DNA of 64,000 nucleotides, from NCBI GenBank assembly GCA_002269645.1, contig NIVC01000049.1, positions 62,001 to 126,000 of the forward strand, in the 5' to 3' direction. A model generated the notes under the pieces. That model saw only the letters and a program-made list of their open reading frames with translations, was not told the DNA's origin and made no database searches. This document shows, piece after piece, positions 12,701-23,878 of the stretch. This DNA comes from Macrostomum lignano. Lineage: Eukaryota. The translations under genes were made by a program, and so were the position numbers. Position 1 is the stretch's first letter. Each line of letters starts with the position of its first letter.

Positions 12701-15700
12701 GACTAGAATATTGTATATATAGAAAATAAAGTAGCAACACTCAGGATCATGTTTTGTGATGCAAGTTTGTGATAGCTAGTGTATACTTGGCATATAATTT
12801 TTTTTGAAAGTTTTGTAACATATAGATTGCCAAATTTTGTATTATATTGTGCATATACGAGCTATATTATTCTGGGTCTAGAAAAGGCTGCATTATGCCA
12901 CTATTGTTTATATAATCACAAAAAATCATAACTCAATAATAAAATTTTAGCATTTAAAAAATTAAATTAGAAAAGTTACGTAGTATAAAGTTGTAAGTAT
13001 ATAGTTTAACAATTCTTTTTTAAATATATTGTAAGTACATAGAGGATAATAGGTTTATTAAAACTGTTTGTAGTTTTTATTTATTTATAATAATATTTGT
13101 GTCATTGCTAGAGTAAGCTAAGGGCTAGAAGATTTTAGACAACTGCTGGCACATCTGGCACACTTGTGTATTTTGCCTAGCATACCTAGTGCATAATCAA
13201 AATTATTTTAGATAACTTCTGGTGAACATATAACATGATCCTAAATATAGAACAACACCTACACACAAGGCTCAAGGAGCATTAAACCAAAATATTAGCC
13301 ATCTGAGAATATCTACTCACTTATGATTCATGTTGCAGTAGCAAAGTTCACAAGAATTGCCCATAGACAAATTACTTGCCAAGGTTTGCAAGAGATTGCC
13401 TAACAAGTTTTCTCACCAAGATTTACCTACAGTTATTGTGATCCTGTAATGGCAAAGCTCAACTTGTTTAAGATTATCAAATCTTGCTATGCCATCTAAA
13501 GTAATTCAAACATTTTGGATACCATTTACATTGAAGCTTTAAAGCCTAATTTGAATTGTCAGTTAGCTATGGGGGTGCCAGCCACTAACTCACATGTTCT
13601 AGGTTGAGATATACATAGGTTGCATACATGCTTAGGTGCAACCTAGGGATTTACCTGGCTGTTTCTATTGGCAACACACATATGTAAGTTGCTATTAGAT
13701 GGAATAGTAGTCATGTGACTGCTCTCAGCCAATAGCAACTTACATGTGTGTGTTGCCAATAGAAATGGCTGGGTGACTCCCAAGGTTGCGTATGCATGGT
13801 GGCATATAAGTGACTATAAACCTCTACAAAGACTTGAAAAGTTTAAATTTGTATGTTACTTAAATGCTACCAGATATTATGTCTTATTCTCTTTTTCTGC
13901 CCCTTCTCATTCTAAGTCTAACTTTTTGTTGAACAAATTATACTGCATATTGAGTTGAACATAAAAATTTCATGAAGTTTGCTTTTTCCTTTTATAAAAA
14001 CTCTACTTTACTCTTTATCAAAACAATTCTTTGTCAGTTGACTCCATATTGGGACAAATTTGAGAAAACCCATGGATGTGTTCATGGATAGATCCACATT
14101 CCCTATGTTCCCTACACATCCCTATTTTAATATTCATAAAACATTTTTGCTTTTGAAAATAGTAATATTTTTTCTTATAATTAAGCTATTTGAATTTAAA
14201 AAATAACAATACTTGATAAAACTAAACCCTGTAAATGCTAGACTCACATCTATAAGTTGCAAATAATAAAACCACAAATTTTGCTTTGCATTTGCATGAC
14301 AAGCTAAAAAATCTATCAAAAGTGTTCATTACTTTTTGTTTTTTATATTTTGTTAAAATTTATCTTTTTATCAAACAAACTTTTTAACAGGCCTTCTAAG
14401 CCGACACAGGCATCAGTTGGATCGTTTAGTAACCAGCAGACTGTATGAGTTGAACCTGCCAGCAAAGGCTGTCGTCTGTCAGCCACTGACAGACACTGTC
14501 AGCTCTGACACCAGCGGCGATGTTGCAATCTCTGTTGTCCTTCTATCGCCCGCCACTGGCCGCCAACTTCTAGCCACTGCAGCCGTGGCCTTAGCTACTG
14601 CTGATGCTACTACTGAAAGTAGCAGTGCAAATTCGACCATGGAGATTGAGAATCACCAAGAGGAAATCGGTTATCAAGGTGTTAGCGTTGAACAGTTGGA
14701 TAACAAATTGCGAGGTATGTTGCCAAGTAGAAGCTATCAATGTTAGTAATTATACATGCGCAACACCTGGCCGATCCAGTCGGCTGGCTAGAGGCCCAGC
14801 TATGGTAACTCGTGAAAATGCCCATCCCAAAATACAGACCTCGGACTGATTAGATGACGAGGCATTTAGCCTTTAGTAATACAGTTATAGTTACTCCTAC
14901 CGTTTACCAAAATTATGTTAATTTTGCTTACTCGTAGGTTTCTTTCATAGGTAAGTCGCACGGCCGGTGTAAAATCAGGGGGGTTGCGCATGTATGGCCA
15001 CTGAGTCAGTGTGTATGTATGTGTAGCTACTAATTAGTTAAATTATATAATTACTTTTGAATTGAATCGATTAATCTACGCATGGAAAAGTTGAAAATAG
15101 TTGGTATTCAATTTATTTGATCAGGTGGCATGTGTTTTAGGTATTATAGAAATACTTTCTGAATAGGGATATAGTATTATTTGACCAGGTGTTTTTGCTC
15201 CTAATTTGTGCGTGCTTGACAAAATTTTTAGGGCCAGGTGAATTCTAACTTACAGTGCTGTGCTGCAGCCAGTGTGTGCTGTTTGACTTTCTATTCTATA
15301 ATAATATAAATTGCGCTTCCAGATTTCTAATCGTTCTTTCAGGCCTTGTAATTTGTATTCAACTCATTTATGCACTAATATTGCTGTTATAAATGTATTG
15401 TTAAATTAAAGATTATGGAAAACTCACAGGGGTCACTAAGGGGGAGAATCGGTGACTCACAGAGGGGCCACTAAGGGGGAGAATCGGTGACTCACAGAGG
15501 GGCCACTAAGGGGGAGAATCGGTGACTCACAGAGGGGCCACTAAGGGGGAGAATCGGGGACTCACAGAGGGGCCACTAAGGGGGAGAATCGGGGACTCAC
15601 AGAGGGGCCACTAAGGGGGAGAATCGGGGACTCACAGAGGGGTCATTAAGGGGGAGAATCGGTGACTCACAGGGGGTCATTAAGGGGGAGAATCGGTGAC

Positions 15701-16232
15701 TCACAGGGGGGCACTAAGGGGAGAATCGGTGACTCGCAGGGGTCAGTAAGGGGGAGAATCGGTGACTCACAGGGGTCACTAAGGGGAGAATCGGTGACTC
15801 ACAGGGGTCACTAAGGGGAGAATCGGTGACTCACAGGGGTCACTAAGGGGAGAACAGGTGACTCATGGATTCTGCGAAGGTAGTATTTGAACTAAAGCAG
15901 TGGAATTCCAGATATTTGGCCTATTTAATGAACGAATTTTCACCCTAAAATATTCAAACCGCCGTAACAGAACTCTCTGGCCTGACTGACGCCGACCTGG
16001 CATTCCGCATCGGACCAACCGATTCTCTGTTCCTGCCGTCTCCTTGGCATTTTCGATTGACCGAATTCTAGTAAGCTACTGTTAGTAGAAAAATTGTGTT
16101 TTTTTCCATTTCATATTAATCTATAGTTATTTTTATTTTAGCCAAGTGTCCAGTCAGAAGGCGCTTCGCCCGGAGGTCTTCGTCGCCGGTCTGCGGTTCT
16201 ATTCTCGGGTTGATCAGCGACTTGGAAAATGA
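6705..16232 (+). CDS. NUS1: NUS1/Nogo-B receptor, cis-prenyltransferase (dehydrodolichyl-PP synthase) subunit; exons 6705-7020, 14391-14714, 15971-16070, 16142-16232 (276 aa)
   Basis: KIPKHISFIV..AIVWCIVLGISCISIADKQG, VVLLSPATGRQLLATAA, DADLAFRIGPTDSLFLPSPWHFRLTEF and C-terminal QRLGK* (RxG motif) match NgBR. The four exons join in frame (831 nt) at canonical GT/AG sites. Confidence 0.93.
7363..8570 (+). mobile_element. Possible non-autonomous Helitron-like element hosting the 7408 MITE
   Basis: The 5' end A|TCTCTACATATAAAAATC...TGTCTGTGTGTG resembles animal non-autonomous Helitron starts, and a GC palindrome CCACGCGTGG lies near 8548. No canonical CTRR 3' end was identified, so the boundary is uncertain. 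Confidence 0.35.
7408..7855. mobile_element. hAT-type MITE, 448 bp
   Basis: TIRs CCATAGTCGGAAAGGTGGCA / TGCCACCTTCCCAGCTATGG; perfect 8-bp TSD TGTCTATG (7400-7407, 7856-7863); internal TGTGCGCC repeats. Confidence 0.9.
9020..10400. repeat. ~1.4 kb non-periodic polypurine (GA-rich) tract in NUS1 intron 1
   Basis: Almost only A/G on the + strand; the S/L/F-rich minus-strand ORFs here are compositional artefacts. Confidence 0.92.
11152..11449. mobile_element. hAT-type MITE family CATACATGCGCAAC, copy 1
   Basis: TIR CATACATGCGCAAC / GTTGCACATGTATG; 8-bp TSD AATGCACA / AATGCATA (7 of 8 match). Confidence 0.85.
11501..12301. mobile_element. Older long-arm foldback element, right arm interrupted by MITE copy 2
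   Basis: 11501-~11640 is the reverse complement of ~11835-11884 plus 12201-12301 once the MITE is removed (e.g. ATATGGGCCAAG..TTTAAAAGAATCTAT..GCAGAATG..AGCCTAGCTT; GACCATAGATAAT). Confidence 0.7.
11885..12200. mobile_element. hAT-type MITE family CATACATGCGCAAC, copy 2
   Basis: Perfect 14-bp TIR; TSD ATTGTATT / GTTGTATT (7 of 8); interior clearly homologous to copy 1. Confidence 0.87.
13623..13797. mobile_element. Second copy of the 4001 foldback MITE, opposite orientation, more decayed
   Basis: Same arms (TTTCTATTGGCAACACACA..GTGTGTTGCCAATAGAAA); the loop is the reverse complement of the 4078-4107 loop; left end CATACATGC. Confidence 0.8.
14751..14996. mobile_element. MITE subfamily copy with TATACATGCGCAAC / GTTGCGCATGTATG ends, in NUS1 intron 2
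   Basis: Same TIR and shared internal blocks (AAAATGCCCA, GACGAGGCATTT, GTTACTCCT, TAAGTCGCA); no clear TSD. Confidence 0.75.
15420..15866. repeat. G-rich 32-35-bp minisatellite (CACTAAGGGGGAGAATCGGTGACTCACAGAGGGGC)n in NUS1 intron 2
   Basis: About 13 copies; the unit shortens toward the 3' end. Confidence 0.93.
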
Positions 16233-16609
16233 TTGAATTAATTTCATTTCAAACTGATATGCACTGATGTGTTTAAACTAACACGATTACATTAGTCCAT
16301 CCCTTAGCCCCGAAACCCTAATCGATTTCGCTATTTGTGACTTCTTTGCCTATCTTTTAGTACGGTGTCCTTCTTTAACTGTCAACAAATACAATATGCA
16401 TACCATTCTACTCACAATGTAGTTGTTAGCTAGTAGTGTATAGTAGATTCTTATTTGGCTATCAATAATAATACATTTCTGTTTTTGCTTACCTATTTGC
16501 ATTGACTGTCCTCGCGTGCACACAAAGTTGCATTGTGAATGTTGTTTGAATTTTTGCATTATCTTTGTCTTTGTGTTGGATGGCCATTGTTCTGATTTTG
16601 TAATTGTAT

Positions 16610-17245
16610 CCCTACATGCTGGGCCATCCTCCCAGACCCTCAGTTGCTAGGCCAGCCTCCCAGATCCCCAGTTGCTGGGCCAGCCTCCCAGATCCCCAGT
16701 TGCTGGGCCAGCCTCCCAGATCCCCAGTTGCTGGGCCAGCCTCCCAGATCATCAGTTGCTGGGCCAGCCTCCCAGATCGTCAGTTGCTGGGCCAGCCTCC
16801 CAGATCCTCAGTTGCTGGGCCAGCCTCCCAGATCGTCAGTTGCTGGGCCAGCCTCCCAGATCCTCAGTTGCTGGGCCAGCCTCCCAGATCGTCAGTTGCT
16901 GGGCCAGCCTCCCAGATCGTCAATTGATGGGCCAGCCTCCCAGATCCTCAGTTGCTGGGCCAGCCTCCCAGATCGTCAGTTGCTGGGCCAGCCTCCCAGA
17001 TCGTCAATTGATGGGCCAGCCTCCCAGATCCTCAGTTGCTGGGCCAGCCTCCCAGATCCTCAGTTGCTGGGCTACCGACTCCCAGATCCTCAGTTGCTGT
17101 GCCAGCCTCCCAGATCCTCAGTTGCTGGGCCAGCCTCCCAGATCGTCAGTTGCTGGGCCAGCCTCCCAGATTCTCAGTTGCTGTGCCAGCCTCCCAGATC
17201 CTCTGTTGCTGTGCCAGCCTCCCAGATCCTCAGTTCCCAGATCCA
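16610..17245. repeat. 28-bp satellite (CCTCCCAGATCCTCAGTTGCTGGGCCAG)n, locus 1, inverted relative to loci 2 and 3
   Basis: About 22 copies between NUS1 and ADK; reverse complement of the 55.7-61.9 kb unit. Confidence 0.95.
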
Positions 17246-18119
17246 AGACCTAAATGCTTGTGTCACTTAGTGCCAAAAGGTCAGATTTGGAGCCTGTGTG
17301 ACAGGTTTTTATATAAGTAGTAGATTATATAAACCAAAAAGTGTTCCAATAAAGACGACTAAATACATATCGAAAGTCAATGTTATGTTATGGAACACTA
17401 TTTCTTTATGGCCGCACTTACCAGTTTTATTTCATATTATTTCCTCTTGGCTTTGAAATGGCATCATTAATCTTCATTGGGTTTTCAAGTATCGACTAGA
17501 TAATAGCTTTCAACTTCTCAATCTATATTCGGTTGCTGGGAGCCTATATTGTCCTCCTAGATATCAGTGGTTTTGTACTTCTATACGCAATGTATAATAT
17601 AATGCTTACTGCTATGGGTCATTTTGCACTTCTGTTTCTTATACATTTTTCTCTAGATAAAGTCAATTTTTTTCATTTTTGAAGTCCGACAGTCGATACA
17701 ACAAAATGCCTGTTAAATCAATAAAAAATCGCTTTATTGTCTTGCTGGCACGTTTCAATCGTATTTTGCTTATTAATTAGGAAAATTTACTGAATAATTT
17801 ATCGTTGTTACTGTTTATTATTAATTGATTAAATTAAATTAACATTGCAGCAATCGGAGCAGGATAAATACATTATTGCCTGTATGTATATTCTGAACTA
17901 TTTTCTATAGACGCAAGAAATATATAATTTCTGTATTCCATTTGACTAATTTATAGACTTGCAGTGACCCCCTAGCTCGAGGGACAGATAGTTTACTACG
18001 AAGGGTTCAGAATTCGTGGAAAATTCTGTATTTGAATTGGCGCGTGTGCATATGACGCGTGACAGAATTTCTCTTATCTCTCTTAACTGGAACTGGAATG
18101 AGCCCCCCCCCCTCCGTGC

Positions 18120-18449
18120 TGTGGGGTATAAATAGAGGCTTGTAAATCGCGCCGGACCATTTTGTCACGTCTTGCCCAGTTCTTAAGTCTCCAGTTTGCT
18201 CTGCACTGGCCTGCATATACATAGTTGTGTCCTCTCTTTATCTGCCACAATCTCAGTTAGAATCTTGAGCTGTTGCTGCCACTAGTGAAGCCGCCAGTTT
18301 AATAATAATTTCCGGTCAGTTTGGAAAAATAAAACAGGTAACCATGCATATTATTCTTTAATTTAGTAAAATAAAATCTGCTTTGATTTGCTTATATTTT
18401 TACTTTCAGTAGCATTTTTAGTCAGCTCTTTATTTTTTGCTTATTTCAG
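18120..18449 (+). promoter_or_regulatory. Candidate ADK promoter (TATAAATAG at ~18127) and 5'-UTR intron 18338-18449
   Basis: TATA-like box, then CAG|GTAACC donor at 18338 and TTATTTCAG acceptor at 18449, 23 nt before the ATG. Sequence motifs only, no transcript evidence. Confidence 0.45.
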
Positions 18450-18472
18450 CTAAAAGCAATCAAACTGAAGAT

Positions 18473-21377
18473 ATGTCAACTACCGGAGCTCGCGAAGGTC
18501 TCGTATTGGGCATGGGCAATCCTTTGCTAGACTTGGCCAATACAATTGATGCTGCCTATTTAGCCAAATACAATCTCAAACCGAACGACGCTATCCTAGC
18601 CGGCCCGGAGCACGCTCAGATATTCGACGATCTTATTGGCCGGCCGGACACTCAGTACATTCCCGGCGGCGCTACCCAGAATGCCATCCGTGTGGCCCAG
18701 TGGCTGCTGCGTACGCCTAAAGCTACCAGCATGTTCGGCTGCGTCAGGCTTGACGATGACATTGGCAAGCGGCTGCGGGACTGCATGGAGACTGCCGGAG
18801 TGCGGCCGGCGTATCAGTGCCTGCCGAACTCCGAGCCCACTGGACGGTGAGCTGCGCGCTGTCTGTCACTCTCTTTTGTCTTTTGTCTGTCACTTTCTCA
18901 AGTCTTTTGTCTGTCACTTTATTGAGTCTTTTGTCTGTCACTTTCTTGTGTCTTGCCTATCACTCTCTTGTGTCTTTTGCCTATCACTCTCTTGTGTCTT
19001 TTGTCTATCACTCTCTTGTGTCTTTTGTCTATCACTCTCTTGTGTCTTTTGTCTATCACTCTCTTGTGTCTTTTGTCTATCACTCTCTTGTGTCTTTTGT
19101 CTGTCACTTTCTTGAGTATTTTGTCTGTCACTTTATTGAGTCTTTTGTCTGTCACTTTCTTGTGTCTTGCCTATCACTCTCTTGTGTCTTTTGCCTATCA
19201 CTCTCTTGTGTCTTTTTTCTATCACTCTCTTGTGTCTTTTGTCTGTCACTTTCTTGAGTATTTTGTCTGTCACTTTATTGAGTCTTTTGTCTGTCACTTT
19301 CTCAAGTCTTTTGTCTGTCACTTTATTGAGTCTTTTGTCTGTCACTTTATTGAGTCTTTTGTCTGTCACTTTCTCAAGTCTTTTGTCTGTCACTTTATTG
19401 GGTCTTTTGTCTGTCGCTCTTTTGTGTCATTTGTCTGTCACTCTCCCGCGTCTTTTGACTATCACTCTTGTGTCTGTCTGTCACTCACTTGTGTCTTTTG
19501 TTTGGCAATCTTCTTTGTCTTGCCTATATCTGTCAATCTGTCATTCAGTTTTATCTCCAGTCCGTGACTACTATATCTGTCTGTCCGTCTGTTCATTACT
19601 TCTATTTATCGCTGTGCTGGGTCTGTCACACTCCGCATTTTTCATTGAACTCCAGCTGTGCCGTGCTGATCTCCGGCGAGGACCGCAGCCTGGTCACCCA
19701 GCTGGGCAGCGCTGGCCAGTTCACCGAGGCGCACTTGGACGATCCCACCAACTGGGCCATCGTTGAGGCTGCTCAGTTCTACTACGTGGCCGGATTCTTT
19801 CTCACAGTGTGCCCGCCTGCTCTGATGCGCATCGCTGAGCACTCGCTGGCAGCCGGTAAAACTCTTATGATGAACTTGTCCGCGCCCTTCATCTGCCAGT
19901 TCTTCAAGGAGCCGCTGCTGGCCGCTATGGCCTATGTTGACGTGCTGTTTGGCAATGAGACCGAGGCTGAGACCTACGCTAAGTGAGTTGCCATCTGCGG
20001 GTCTGCGGACAATTGACTGCCTACTAGTTGACTACCAAACCTAAAACCTAACCTTAACCATAGCCATAAATCTGACCTAAGCAATAACCATAAACCTAAC
20101 CTAAACCATAACCATAACCTAACCTAAACCATAGCCATAAATCTGACCTAAGCAATAACCATAAACCTAACCTAAACCATAACCATAAACCTAACCTAAA
20201 CCATAACCATAACCTAACCTAAACCATAACCATAAATCTGACCTAAACCATAACCATAACCTAACCTAAACCATAACCATAAATCTGACCTAAACCATAA
20301 CCATAACCTAATCTAAACAATAACCATAAACCCAACCTAAACAATAACCATAAATCTAATCTAAACCATAGCCATAAATCTGACCTAAACAATAACCATA
20401 AACCTAACCTAAACAATAACCATAAATCTAACCTAAACAATAACCATAAATCTAACCTAAACCATAACCATAAACCTAACCTAAACAATAACCATAATTC
20501 TAACCTAAACAATAACCATAAACCTAACCTAAACAATAACCATAAATCTAACCTAAACCATAACCATAAACCTAACCTAAACAATAACCATAATTCTAAC
20601 CTAAACAATAACCATAAACCTAACCTAAACAATAACCATAAACCTAACCTAAACAATAACCATAAATCTAATCTAAACAATAACTATAATCCTAACCTAA
20701 ACAATAACCATAAACCTAACCTAAACAATGACCATAAATCTAACCTAAAACCTAACCCTTAACCCAGGCTGAACCCTATCCTAAAACTAAACCCGAAACC
20801 TGAAACCCAATCCAAACATAATACAAACCCTAAAACAACTCAGTAGTAACTCTGAGGCGTCTCTTGTGACCTTTTTACCGTTTTCATCGGGATATAATAT
20901 TATTACTCCAGACTATTCGTAAATATGTTTCCCTTCTTCTCATAGGGAGATTGTTTTTAATATCCCCTAATCCCACCTGTCATTCTTTAACCTACCAGGG
21001 AGGCCGGTCTGCCCAACCCCTCTGACGCCCGCTCCGTAGCCGTCGCCCTGGCCGCCATGCCGCTGAAGCCCAGGCCAAGCGGCGGCGACTCGGCACCCCG
21101 CAGCCGGCTGGTGCTCATCACCCAGGGCAAGGGTCCCGTGGTGGCCGCCAGGTCCGACGGCTCCGTGACCGAGTTCCCGGTGCGCCAGCTGGCTCCGCAC
21201 GAGCTGGTTGACACCAACGGCGCCGGGGACGCCTTCGCTGGCGGATTCATTGCCCAGTTCGCTCTCGGCAAACCGTTGGAGGTGTGCATCGATTGCGCAA
21301 TCAAGGCTGCGCATTGCATTATTGGCCAGTCCAGCTGCACAATGCCCAGCGATCCGGCCAAGGCTATTGGCTATTGA
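18473..21377 (+). CDS. ADK: Adenosine kinase (PfkB family); exons 18473-18846, 19656-19982, 20999-21377 (359 aa)
   Basis: GMGNPLLD, PGGATQNAIRVAQW, MNLSAPFICQFF, DVLFGNETEA and the PfkB signature VDTNGAGDAFAGGF; the three exons join in frame (1080 nt). Confidence 0.96.
18860..19470. repeat. T-rich 22-24-bp minisatellite (TCTTTTGTCTGTCACTTTATTGAG / TCTTTTGTCTATCACTCTCTTGTG) in ADK intron 1
   Basis: Tandem variants with a ~214-bp higher-order duplication (ORF starts at 18953 and 19167 are equivalent). Confidence 0.92.
20035..20820. repeat. Telomere-like composite repeat (AACCTAACCTAAAC[C/A]ATAACCATA)n in ADK intron 2
   Basis: Built from CCTAA/CCATAA subunits, decaying into CCCTAA-like sequence at the 3' edge. 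Confidence 0.9.
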
Positions 21378-21434
21378 TGCGGCTGGTGTACTGTTTGACT
21401 GATGACCTGTTCGCTTGGGCAGTTTGTTTGTTGA

Positions 21435-21830
21435 TCGGTTGATTGATTGGTCAGTTGATTGATTGGTCAGTTGATTGATTGGTCAGTCGATTGATTGGTC
21501 AGTTGATTGATTGATTGGTCAGTCAATTGATTGATTGGTCAGTTGATTGATTGGTCAGTCAATTGATTGATTGATTGGTCAGTCAATTGATTGATTGGTC
21601 AGTCAATTGATTGATTGGTCAGTCAATTGATTGATTGGTCAGTTGATTGATTGATTGGTCAGTCAATTGATTGATTGGTCAGTCAATTGATTGATTGGTC
21701 AGTTAATTGATTGATTGGTCAGTTGTTTGATTGATTGGTCAGTTGATTGATTGGTCAGTCAATTGATTGATTGATTGGTCAGTCAATTGATTGATTGGTC
21801 AGTTGATTGAATAATTGGTCAGTTGATGGA
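21435..21830. repeat. (TTGA)2-3 TTGGTCAG(TCAA) repeat just downstream of the ADK stop
   Basis: Direct reading; starts ~60 bp after the TGA. Confidence 0.9.
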
Positions 21831-22439
21831 TTAATCTTTTAATTAATATTCGCTATATTTAGTCGCAGTTGACAAAAATGATCGAACATTGTTTTCAATT
21901 TTCACCAGTTTTTTGGTTATTGGATTTTTCCAATCGCTTTTGCTTCGGTGTATCGGTAGCTTTAATGGGAGATGAAAGATAGTAGATTGCAAAGTAGGGA
22001 ATTGTCAGGATATTAATGCTTTTCAACCGTAAATAACTTCACTATTGATATTAATAAGGTTGAACATTGTTCAGCGGACAAAGTCAGAGCAAATTATGCG
22101 CATAATTATTTTTAATGGATATTGTTTTAATGTTTCCTTAATGCGACAGCAATTCTATATCTAGCTGCTTGTTTCAGCTTTTTTGAAGGCCAAATTTTCA
22201 ACAAAAAGTGCATATGCATGCTGTCTCACTTGCTGTCTGACTTTGCATTGCCCTGGCCGCGGTTGGCAGTTAAATATAATTATTTAAACTAAACATCAAA
22301 GACTGACTTACGACTTTCCTGGTGATTGCTACAGCTACAGATTAGTAGTGCAATAAACAGAACTGCTTTTTTGGATTAAATCAACACAATGAGCGTTTCT
22401 AAGAAGGCTTACTGTTTTTTGCAGTGCTGTGCGATTGAT

Positions 22440-22755
22440 ATCTGGGAGGCTGGCCCAGCAACTGGGGATCTGGGAGGCTGGCCCAGAAACTGAGGATATG
22501 GGAGGCTGGCCCAGCAACTGGGGATCTGGGAGGCTGGCCCAGAAACTGAGGATGTGGGAGGCTGGCCCAGCAACTGAGGATCTGGGAGGCTGGCCCAGCA
22601 ACTGGGGATCTGGGAGGCTGGCCCAGAAACTGAGGATCTGGGAGGCTGGCCCAACATTCGAGGATTTGGGAGGCTGGCCCAGCAACTGAGGATCTGGGAG
22701 GCTGGCCCAGCAACTGAGGATCTGGGAGGCTGGCCCAGCAACTGAGGATCCAGGA
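22440..22755. repeat. 28-bp satellite, locus 2
   Basis: About 11 copies of CTGGGAGGCTGGCCCAGCAACTGAGGAT between the convergent ADK and myosin 3' ends. Confidence 0.95.
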
Positions 22756-23164
22756 GGCCGCCAGGGCTTTGTTTTGTGAGAAAGCAAATGAAACACGTAT
22801 TAGAAATATTTCTCAGTAAAATTTCATTTGTTAGCAAACATGCTGGACGGTTTGCAAGTTACATATATTTAGCCATGTATAGCAAATAGACCTAATTAAG
22901 ACATGTTAGCAAGGATGTGGAAATACATAATAAATTAGATTTTCAAGCATATCTTGTGTAAAAAATAAAGGCTAAACGTGCAAAGCATTTGTAGATTTTT
23001 AATTTAATAAATGTAAAGTGATAAAAATTGTGAGCAGCAAAACAAGCACTCAAGGGTGGCGATTCGACAATCGAAATGCAGATTTTTACAAATTAAAAGC
23101 GGACTTGATTGTTTAAATTGGATGGGTATCATTAGTCATTAGCCCGGACGGCAGATGCTGAGGT

Positions 23165-23750
23165 GTGGATTTCATGTCTTATTAGTTGGGAGCGGAGGAT
23201 GGGAAGGGTGTCATTTCTAATCAGTTGTTTGTGGAGGATGGGGAGGGTGTCATTTCTAATCAGTTGTTTGCGGAGGATGGGGAGGGTGTCATTTCTCATC
23301 AGTTGTTTGCGGAGGATGGGGAGGGTGTCATTTCTCATCAGTTGTTTGCGGAGGATGGGGAGGGTGTCATTTCTTATCAGTCGGGGCGGCAAATGCGGGG
23401 AATGATGTGGCTGTCATTTCTTATCAGTTGGGCGCGGAGGATGGGGAGGGTGTCATTTCTATCAGTCGGGGCGGCAAATGCGGGGAATGAGGTGGCTGTC
23501 ATTTCTTATCAGTTGTTTGCGGAGGATGGGGAGGGTGTCGTTTCTAATCAGTTGTTTGCGGAGGATGGGGAGGGCGTCATTTCACATCAGTTGTTTTCGG
23601 AGGATGGGGAGGGTGTCATTTCTCATCAGTTGTTTTCGGAGGATGGGGAGGGTGTCATTTCTCATCAGTTGTTTGCGGAGGATGGGGAGGGTGTCATTTC
23701 TCATCAGTTGTTTGCGGAGGATGGGGAGGGTGCCATTTCTCATCAGTTAG
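23165..23750. repeat. 39-bp minisatellite (GCGGAGGATGGGGAGGGTGTCATTTCTCATCAGTTGTTT)n downstream of the myosin stop
   Basis: About 14 copies; the 13-aa periodic ORFs here are a by-product. Confidence 0.92.
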
Positions 23751-23878
23751 GCGCGGCAGGCGCGGAGACTGGGGTAGGATGTTATTTTTTAACAGCCAGG
23801 GCGGAAGATGGTCGCCTCGGTAAAGTTTACAAGAGACATGATATATTTACATGCAACTCAAAATCTCAATCAGCTGGC

